From: Phoronis australis
Taxonomy: Eukaryota > Animalia > Phoronida
NCBI GenBank assembly: GCA_002633005.1
Contig: NMRA01000539.1
Location: 62,001-126,000 of the forward strand
Direction of reading: 5' to 3'
DNA length: 64,000 nt
The notes below the pieces were generated by a model, which had not been told where the DNA came from, made no database searches, and was given only the letters and a program-made list of their open reading frames with translations. Position 1 is the first letter of the stretch. Every line of letters starts with the position of its first letter. Below are positions 54,670 to 64,000 of this stretch, piece by piece. The position numbers were made by a program, and so were the translations under genes.

Positions 54670-57600
54670 TTAGTCTGCCAAATGATGAATCATAATTGCC
54701 TTCTGAACCATCCTCTGTACTCGCGAGATGTCTATCTCTTCATCAACAACATAGAACCTTGGGTTACTGCTCTGAAATACAAGAAAATAGTTAAGGTAAT
54801 GGCTCCATTCTTTTGAACAGGCTTTGAGTCATTATAGATCACGGCAACAAAAAGAACTTGAAAAATCTATGAAGCTTCAAGTTGCCATGGCTTTTCATTT
54901 ACATAATAATAGAAAGATACAAGACAACCATTTTACACGTATGGTTTACACTGATTACTCTGAAATTGTGCCTGAGCTATTCTGGGCGCAAGTGTCCATG
55001 AGAATCCAATTGTCACCGCCTATGTCATGCAACAAGACCTAAGAACGCGGCTTATCTAAGTTAGCATTTATTACAATAACGATCACATTCCAGATATTTC
55101 TACACAGACGTCTGTGTCTATGGATCTGTCATGAAATCCTGCTATATCCATGATAGGTTTATTTAGTATGTTGCCGATTTGATAGAATTATTGATATCAT
55201 TACTTTATTAGCAGTAGTACAACAGGGTCTTTCTAAAGATATTTAGACCAATACACTGCCGGATCTATGATGTTATAAGGGGAATTTCAATTTTTCGAAG
55301 AAAAAATTCCGCCCAAACCCTAAAAAGGGCATGCCGATGGCGTTTTTGTCGTGTCCGTGAGGGGTGGGGGCGGCCACCCTATATCCGCCTATACCACCAA
55401 CCATTGCAGTTTGGCCACGTTCTCCTACAATAAATTTCTTCTTCAGGTTGGCCATGTTGTCGAAACGCGAATAGCGTTTTGCCCTCGGTGATATTTTTGG
55501 CAATTCACCGCCTTCCATTTGCAACTGCTTTATTTTCGTGTTTCGTTCTGGAAAAAATAATTACAATTCCTTATCTAGTCAGGGTCACTAGATTACAAAC
55601 GTTCATCGAAAATGCAATGATAATCTAAATCAATTCTTGCCTGCATATTTTACATTTAAAAATTACGAAGTTAAGAATCGCGCTAAACAGAAATTTTCAC
55701 TTATTTCAACAAAGATCCAGCGTCAACTCGAGAATCTCAACAACACGCAAGACGTCGCGAAACCATGCTATGTATTGCAAGCCAAGCACATGGTCACATC
55801 AGCTTCCTTATCAAGATTCTTGCGTCTACGAAACCCCTGATTGGCAACTGATATGTCGACAAATTTTACTTACCCTTAAAATGTTTAAATAATTTTATTG
55901 AAACTTCTTCTTCGTTAACAATGCCGCCATTTTTTCTGTATTCCTGTTTGACCTCATTCTCAACTGTCTCCATGAGTTCGCGGAGCGATATTTCCTCACG
56001 TGAACATCCAATTATAACCTAAAATAGCATTCAATAGAGGTAACTCAGATGGCAAAGGCGTCTCAACTGGTTCTTTACAAATTCTCGTATCTCGTCAACA
56101 ATGTTCTGCCAAAAAATAATTTTGGCCGCACCCAGATACGTTGCAAGGCTGCGACGATAGTAAAAAGTAGTTATTGGACCTAAATACGACTTTGCTCATT
56201 TAATTCTCACCCACGGAACTTCACGAATTCCCTTTGTAGGTCACGCCCTTGCCTATTCTTTCCTACTTTCAATACAGATTATACCCCCTGGTACCCATTA
56301 ATAACGCGCAAAAGCTCCCTAAAAAGTCACCAGTAGCTGACTTTTTTGTTCTTCTTCAGCGTTCCCGGCCATGCGGTCATTGATGGTCAGTCTGGTCTTC
56401 TGGGAAAAGTCTGCTGTTCGCCGCAATGATGCTTTCGAAGTACCCGATTTAGGGGGGGGGGGCAAGGGGTCCATTCGACAGTTCGGGGTGCGAATTGCTG
56501 GTGGGCGAATACACAATGCATAGGTCTGCATTTTAGGCTGGGCGCGCGCAACTGGCGAAATTCTGGTTATTCCTGTGCCCTGCCCCCTCCCAACTCAAAA
56601 TCCTTGATCCGCCCCTGTTTCGGGCCCCACAATTTTACTTTTAGTTCCACTGGCACTTTAGGGTATTGAACGTAGAAGCTGACTTTCGAAATATCCGCTC
56701 TATATTGAAATCCAGTAACCCGCCAGACGACAATCAGGTTTGTGATGGACACTGAAGCGTTCAGCGCCACCAGCAGATCCCATGTAATGCGGAGGGTAGG
56801 TTTCAACCTACTGATATGAACAGCGTTTCCTGCTATTATAATGCCGGCAAATTTCTACTGCTGTGTTACTTTGCGTTTTCGAGAGGTTCTCACGTATGCT
56901 GCACAGGCACTTGAGTTTATCTGTTCCTCGATCACCACTGACGTCACTCTCTACAACTAATTCGGATGTTTAGTGATGACGCCATAGCCGAAGATGACGC
57001 AAATTGGACACAGAAATAGGCCGTCACATTGGGTAAAAATGACGTCATGATAAACATTCCCCAACCAGTCATTGTTTCGCATTAAAAATAACCTAATAAG
57101 ACTTTGTTCGAGTAGTTTTTGTAAAAAAATGATCAGCATAATCAACATGACGAGACAGCCAAATCCCGTTTTCATCGGTCCAGCCAGTGTTTACGTGTAC
57201 AGTAAAAAAACAAAACGGAGTAACAGACCGTCCAGTCTTCTGCAAATTAACAACGATGTGACCATCAGCGCAAAGGTTAAACCCAGAATCAATGATATAA
57301 TTTTTTGGTCTTTCAAGGTTTAAAAATTGAAACTGAAATAAAACGATTTTGTGGGTGAGAATCCCATCGCAAAAACAATGTTGTTCAACTTCATTTGGTC
57401 CCTAGCACACCCACTAAAGTCCATGTTTCATGGACTTTTACTTGACTTTCCTTCTTAGTCCGATTGACCACGATATCTGTTGTTTTCTAGCAATGAAGAA
57501 ACACAAAAAGTGACTACAAGATTAATAGTTATACATTTTTACACAGTGGACACCAATTCGAACATTTATTAATATAGAAAGAAGGGATACCCCAAGAATG

Positions 57601-60600
57601 CTACACCCCGCAATGTTATATTGGGACGGTAGATGGGTTGTTTCTGTAGACTTCAAGAGATGGGATAAATGTTATGTAGCCTGGCAAGCTATTAAAGTGT
57701 GCAACTGTCTTACTTGAGGAAAATTATCATACTATTCTGTCCTGTTTATGGTCTTCTGATACTAACAGTGTATCAATACCTGGGTATGTAGGACAGAGCA
57801 GGTAGATTACAAAGTGGAGCAACAAAACGGTCTAGAGGCCATGAAAAGGGCATATACCAGCGACCAGTAGGGAAAGGGTCCCCCCAAATTAGCCAAAGCT
57901 CATTCTGGAGATCGGTGTTTTGTTTATTTTTAGATATATGTAATGGCTAAACCGATCAGCGTCATTTTGAGGCATGGGGACGAGGCTGGGTTTGCTGGCT
58001 TATTGAAGGCTTACTGCTTCAACTAAGAGTGGTAGCACATTACGTCAAGATCAAACACAAGATATGCTAGTTCTGACGACTAAGTTCTAGGTAAAGCGAT
58101 ACAACTGAAATCCGCCATGTTAACTCTTTAGACGTCTTGAATTTTGATTGTTTTGGAAGTTCCGTCGCCAATTCATCACTCACAAGGACAATTGAATGGA
58201 ATCAGGGAAAACTAAGGCTTCTTAGGTTTATACAGACGCAGATTTTTTTTTGATTTTGGACATTTGAAGTTGGGAGCCTACGCGCGGCAAAGTTTTAGTG
58301 TCCAACCTTATGAGTCGCCCGGAAATTTGTCTCCCTGTTGTCAATTGATGGGTAAACTGAGACCAGCGGATTCATAGTGGTGAAGGATGCAAATGTGTTC
58401 ACCAAAACAAATTTTCTTACCGTGAGACGGTTAAATAACCCCTTCAGGCCCCTAAAACAACTAGTTGTCTAATGATCAAAACGATATGTAAGTGTGAGTC
58501 ATTCTGTTATTCTGTTGCATTAAAATACCCATAATATAGTGACTCAGTCTCCCAAAACTGTGCACATCGAATTATTACTGACAACGACACAACGGCGGAT
58601 TGTTCTTACTTGAGACAAGCTGTTGGAGCTGGACAACGGAATGTACAGTCCTCCCGTTATCTTCGCGATAGCCATGAAGAAATCGCGGTACGGAGAGATG
58701 CTTGGCTCACAACCCACCACATAAATAGTGACGCCTTTCTCCGCCAGCCTGTTGGCGATATCAAGAGGATCGTGTCCGTTCGGGCAACCTTTAGGAAATA
58801 CCATGCATAAATTACGAGCCTCGTAATATAGTAGCTACACGGAGCACTGAGATATCCCTAGTAGGGCAATGGCCTTTTGCTGTATCTCGCTCTTTTTAGC
58901 AGACTAAAAAAAGTCAATCTCATAAAATCTATCTCGTATTGTTTCTTGCAACAAGGGTTTCTATTTTGTTACTATAACGTCCAAAGAAAGGAAAATACAG
59001 TCCATACCGTTTGGGTAGGAGTCGCCACAGTCGCATAGGCCATGAGGTGGCGCATCGGCAATGAGGACACAAACACGAGCATTTTTGGCAGACACTCCAG
59101 AAGACAGGCTCGTCCACAGTTTTAATGTTTCCAGTAACCCATCAGCAACTGCCTCTGGTGTATCCTCACCTCCACCTGAGAATATAACCGTTAATTCGCT
59201 ATCCGATTTAGGGTCACAAATGGGAAAAATTAAAACGGCACTACATCGCCCCTTTTTTCCTTCTGTACAGTCAATGTGCTAACTGAACCTGAATATATCA
59301 AATACTGGTAAAAATTATTTTGCCATGGTAGCACCGTTTTTAACATTTCGATCAATGGAAACTTGCGATTGAACTGGAGTGGTTACAGTTTGGAAGGTCT
59401 TGCCAGACTGACTAAAAACTGATCTGCTCGTAAGTGCCCTGGAAGTTGGTTGTGAAATGGAAAGGGAGGAGCATGGTGAAAATATATTTGAAGCCAGATC
59501 TGTATGCGACCTTGTCTTCATTTGTTTTTTCCGACAGTAAGCAAATTTAAGTTTTTAATATATTATTGAATCAATGAAATACTCAATGTAGCATTCGTGC
59601 ATGAAAGAATGAAAGGAATGAACGCTTTACTTCTTAAAATTTCAAAACTACCGTGTTTACTGAATTTCACTGCACACGACTACCTACCAGCGGTGACATT
59701 ATTAAGCCAACTTTGCATCTCGTGAACTTGGCTGGTCAGACCATTTCCTCTCGCGATAAAGAGGTCCTTTTGATGATGATCTCTGTACTCTACCAGTCCC
59801 AAACGAACTTTAAATTGGGATGATGAGGTTATTTCATCTACGATGCGCCTAATAGTCTGAAGAAACATGTAATGACTTTCTACGAATCATCTGTCTCTTA
59901 TCATAATGGTAAAATGATAGTGATGGTACTAGTTTCTCCCAACACCCTGCGGATCGAGCATGCAAGCTTTAGAGAGCCGATCACTTGCACAGTGTCACTA
60001 TACAGTGTACATTCGCAGGGCCCTCGCTAAGTTTCAAATGTTATGAGCACTGTTTGAGCCATCTGGAAGGAACCATTCAGCCCCTCTCTAATGTTACTTT
60101 ATATGCGCATATTCGAAATAATCTATTTTTTCAAAGGAATGTTTCTCGCTTAAGCTTTGCTTATAGGAACAGGTGGATGTGCTTTGGGTATAGGGATGTC
60201 TTGCCCACAGGCACACGCATTGTTATCGACTGAAGAGAATTACGTTGCCTGAGCGAAAACATGTTGCGCTACATTGCTTGGCTGCGCTTTAGGCCCTATT
60301 AGTTATACTCACTGGAGATCAGACGATATAATAGGCTCAATTGATGAGTTTTGTGTAACCAAATGATTTAGCTTTAGGACTAACAGATCAGTAACAGTCA
60401 AGTTGCGTGACTAACTGTCACAAAAAGCGCGAATTCGGTTTTCATGTTCGCAAAGTTCGAACATAAACAAATACATTGTTAATCTGAGCAAACAAGTAAT
60501 GGACACGTGTACGTAAGACGTTTGACTGAATTTTGATTGTCATGACTCAGTGCAACCATTTTATGTTACTTTCAAAGTAAAGGCATAAAAACACCGATAC

Positions 60601-60739
60601 ATTACTGGTTTTTACCCATTTCCAATTATAGTAAACAAGTTATGAAGTTAATTACGTCCTGAGCAGCTTTGATGTATTTCCCCATGCTTCCGGTAGCATC
60701 CATTGTGAACACCAAATCGAGGCAGTTGTAGGAACTCAT
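54670..60739 (-). CDS. Standalone von Willebrand factor A (MIDAS) domain protein, VwkA-like vWA, 330 aa, 7 coding exons
   Basis: Exons 60739-60656, 59856-59688, 59175-59008, 58788-58610, 56018-55874, 55547-55402, 54771-54670 (TAA), all GT-AG with consistent phases; the donor after exon 6 (GTTGGT) is weaker. Motifs LDLVFTMDATGSM, LVEYRDH, GGGEDTPEAV, VLIADAPPHG, IAKITGGLY. Confidence 0.88.
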
Positions 60740-61003
60740 TTCAGGCGAATGGTTTAAAAACGCTGTGAAAGAATAACAAGAAATTGTGTTAGCCTGAACC
60801 ACGAATTAGTGAATTTTACCCTGCAACGTAACGACGGGCAAACAGGACACACTACCAGTTTTGGCCTCTGTGTCGAGATTTGCCTAGGTCAGTACGCGGT
60901 GGCATTTTCAGCTGCAGATGACCTAGAAATTTGTCCCAAAGCATATCGTTGGCCAAATAGGTAAACGTTATGTACGTAAATCAAGTGCGTACCTTAACTT
61001 TTG

Positions 61004-61116
61004 TTAGAGGCGTAAAGTAATTACTTACGGCGTAAAATAATTATTTGCGGCGTAAGGTAAATATTTGCGGCGTAAATTAACTTTTTACGGCGTTAGTAAA
61101 TACTTTACGCCCCTAA
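61004..61116. repeat. Mini-MITE made of five 20-bp tandem units with inverted ends
   Basis: Unit approximately GGCGTAAAGTAATTATTTAC x5; ends TTAGAGGCGTAAAGTA and TACTTTACGCCCCTAA are inverted repeats with 1 mismatch. Confidence 0.75.
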
Positions 61117-61675
61117 TAAGAATTAACTTACGCATGTAACGTTCAGCCATTTGGCCAACGATAAAAGGAAATCGAACCGTTTGCACGTGGATACAATTTA
61201 TAGTTTTCTTAAAGCCCAATGTCTGATTTTTTAAACGTAAAATACAATATAGGTTGTCTATTTCTGCGAAGGCATGACGAAATTCAACTAGCATTGCCAG
61301 TTCCATTCTTCTCCAATCCATTAAAAAGTGTCAAGTGAAATGATGTTAGGCCTATTTGATATTAAGACGCATCGGCAATACTGTAAACTGACGTAAATTA
61401 CGAGCTAGTGTTCTCATATAACAACCCTTTCCTAGTTATAGCAACAGTCCTGCAGGACAATACTGATGTGCAATGTCTCATGAAAACATTTTTTCGAAGG
61501 GGAGAAACCTCAGTGCTCGGGTAGTATAGGCGTAGAAATTAGCAATGAACGATATAGAGGTGGAGTGGTTGAGAGCATCAAACTAACAATGCTTGTTTCG
61601 AGGAAAAGTATGGTAAGGTGTTGGGTAATTCTTCATAAAAGACAGCAGGTCTTAAAACGACACTTTTCGAGACCG

Positions 61676-61730
61676 CCTTTTATAAGTGGTTCAATGTTTT
61701 CCTAAAAAACATTGAACCACTTATAAAAGG
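61676..61730. repeat. Perfect 25-bp inverted repeat with 5-nt loop
   Basis: CCTTTTATAAGTGGTTCAATGTTTT-cctaa-AAAACATTGAACCACTTATAAAAGG. Confidence 0.9.
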
Positions 61731-62446
61731 AAAACATTGATTTTCATTTGCGAACGATAAAGTAACTGATTAACAATATCGGTTAGCAATGTTTTCGAGA
61801 CCTTGATTTGTGAACATTCACAAACAAATGCATCAGATAATATTGCATAATGTGGGCCTCAACTGCAGCCCAGGCGTTTTTAAGAAAAACATCTGAAAAT
61901 TATGGCAGATGCACACAGGCCAAAAATATTCACAGAACGATTTTTAGGTAAAGCCGAGGGGATCTGGTCGTACCGAAACTACAATCAATACTGAATCAGA
62001 GGTTTTTCTTAGCAAAGTTCATCCTCTATTTTTTTCCTTCAGACATTGGGGATGAAACCAGGCCAATAAAAACGAGACAGAAATTTCGCCAATGGTGAGT
62101 CGCCTAGAGGGCTCAATTGCGGAAAGTCTCAAGAACTAGAATTTTTTGTCATTACCTGGAAAGGCCATTGGTGGCCAGTAATGAGAAATTTCTTTACTTT
62201 GTAACGTCACTAGGGTTGTGTTTGACCACTATGCGTCGACACTGAGGAAATTGCACATTACGCAAAATGTGGGTTAACGTTCTTCAGAACGCTAAGACCG
62301 CCCGCTCAAAAAGCAGTAAATAAAACTACCACGATCGAGATATGCCCACTTCACCAGGCTTAAGTACAAGGATGCCAGATATATGGCTATCTTCCCATCT
62401 CTAACCAAATGTTTATTAGCAAACAGAATGAAGGAGAGCACAGTCG

Positions 62447-62800
62447 ATGTCAAAAATGTTCAAGATAATTGATAATATTGTTCATGAGTATGCATGCCCT
62501 GTGAACGAATGTCTTCGTTCAAATGTCAAGAAAAGTTACATTGGTCAAACGGTTTGCTGTCTTTCCCGTCGGTTATCTATGCATCTTCAGACTGGTACCA
62601 CCCAAGAACATTTTCTACAGTGCCATGGACGTAAAATCACAAGAAATTGTGAAAACACGTCAATTCGATACGCAGAACACTATGTGCTGCCATTGAAAGT
62701 TTTGGAGTCCCTTTTAATTGCATTCGAGAAGCCTATTTTGAACGAACAGCGAAGGAGAATCGCGCCGCACGCTACACTTGTGTGCGTGACTTTCCTGTGA
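62447..62800 (+). mobile_element. Penelope-like retroelement remnant, GIY-YIG endonuclease
   Basis: VHEYACP..C...SYIGQT...LSRRLSMH...EHF...LKVLESLLIAFEKPILNEQ is the typical PLE GIY-YIG C-terminus. No intact RT is seen upstream. Confidence 0.75.
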
Positions 62801-63589
62801 CACCGTCATTCTTTGCAAAATTTCACACCTGCCCTGTCCCACTGTGTATGCTAATAGCTTTGGCGGTAGTAAAGCGTCACTTTATTTTCACTTAAGAATA
62901 CAACAAGTATGCTTCGAAATATCGAGGTCTTTTGGTGAGTTACTGTTCTGTTGAATGTCGAACTTTGGATACGAACGGAATAGTATAAAGATAGTATACA
63001 ACGACAAGTGTCGTGTCTTTAACAAGTTTTGGATAGCTGAATGGTGAATTCAGTGAGCTGAAACAGCAGTTTACAACCTCTTAATAGTTCTCAAAGGAAT
63101 TGCGCTCAGGATCTTTTTAAGACGTTTACATCCGGGAAGCACTTCCCCTTGCCCCCGCTTCCTATGGATTTGAATGATACCGGGGTTGTACCAACACCGG
63201 TGTAAATGGTGACCTATTGAAAAGGGCACCACTATCGTTGATTTTGTCATCTTTATTTTGTCGTACCTTTTTGATCATCAAATGAGCCAACAGGGTGCAT
63301 AACTTTAAATTACAGTGTTACTTTCAAGACCATTTTTCATTGACATTTCTGACAAGATTTAACTACCAAAAGTGCTTTTTAAGTTTTAAACAAAACCCTG
63401 ATGGTCCAAACTTTAAATAAAGTGTCATAGAGCCGAATCTCTCGCTGCTTGTTATTTGTTATTACTGTTGGGCAAGCCCCCAACAGTTTGATTAGCCCGA
63501 GGGGCGCTGATACCTACATTTTTCAACCCCGCCCCCACGTTCCTACGCTGAAGATACTACCGTCCTCCAAGTAAAAAAGAGTGCAGGTG

Positions 63590-63930
63590 GTCTGATGCCT
63601 TTAGAGGTGTATCAAGCGTGCTTGGGCGGCAAGACTGGACTCATTCACAAATCACCTTTGAATCATGGGAACCCGACATCACCGGTTTCCTCACGGGCAA
63701 AATCCCCCAATCTGTCTGTTTGTTTCAGAAAGATAGAAAGACTATTAAACCTGAATGAACTTGCAATGTCAACCAGGCGGGTTATGTGTCCATATCGTAG
63801 TAGATTACGGTGTCTAGTGTAGGCACTCAGGGCAAATCTCCACCAGATGTTGAGGAGTCTCGGCCTCCAAGCCACAGTTGAGACAAAATGAACATGCCAT
63901 GTGGCCCTGTGATGTTACGGTGCCTCCAAG
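63590..63930 (-). mobile_element. 3' fragment of a non-LTR retrotransposon (LINE ORF2 C-terminal zinc knuckle)
   Basis: The - strand reads ACSFCLNCGLEAETPQHLVEICP (CxxC..ET..H...C), followed by a stop/frameshift and a short tail. Confidence 0.5.
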
Positions 63931-64000
63931 TAGTTCTAGTAAGAAACAATTTTTGTCTCGTCGAAAAGTAAAAAAATTAGAAATTATTTGGACAATGGAT

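Noticed and set aside
55273-55401. Read-through tail of vWA exon 6 (VGGIGGYRVAAP...)
   Set aside because: Treated as intron because splicing at 55402 joins in frame to a protein-like last exon at 54771-54670.
56567-57175. Short - strand ORFs within vWA intron 4
   Set aside because: No recognisable domain; exons 4 and 5 join in frame without them, and part overlaps a GC-rich MITE-like end.
61009-61110. CRISPR-like periodic repeat
   Set aside because: The units are contiguous with no unique spacers, there are no cas genes, and the context is eukaryotic.

Overview
Eukaryotic (metazoan, most likely marine invertebrate) AT-rich genomic DNA with spliceosomal GT-AG introns, so most short ORFs in the track are noise or partial exons. 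Splicing by hand gives three well-supported genes. (1) + strand PRAS40/AKT1S1 (Lobe-like) mTORC1 inhibitor: 8 shared coding exons at 18810-27286 plus several candidate alternative first exons upstream. (2) - strand ZFP91/ZNF653/ZNF692-family five-finger C2H2 gene: 2 exons, 33838-37930, 735 aa. (3) - strand standalone vWA (MIDAS) gene: 7 exons, 54670-60739, 330 aa. A weaker small + strand multi-exon gene lies at about 49.1-50.35 kb. Mobile DNA includes a decayed Academ(X)-like transposon (about 38.2-43.15 kb), several MITEs, a Penelope-like GIY-YIG remnant and a LINE 3' remnant. The most unusual observation is an intact orphan exon at 51849-52087 (-), inside a TTAA-bounded Kolobok-like remnant. 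It encodes an AT-hook plus the same N-terminal domain as exon 1 of the zinc-finger gene and ends at the same phase-2 splice junction, so it could act as a transposon-supplied alternative first exon. All family assignments come from motif recognition; no database search was run.
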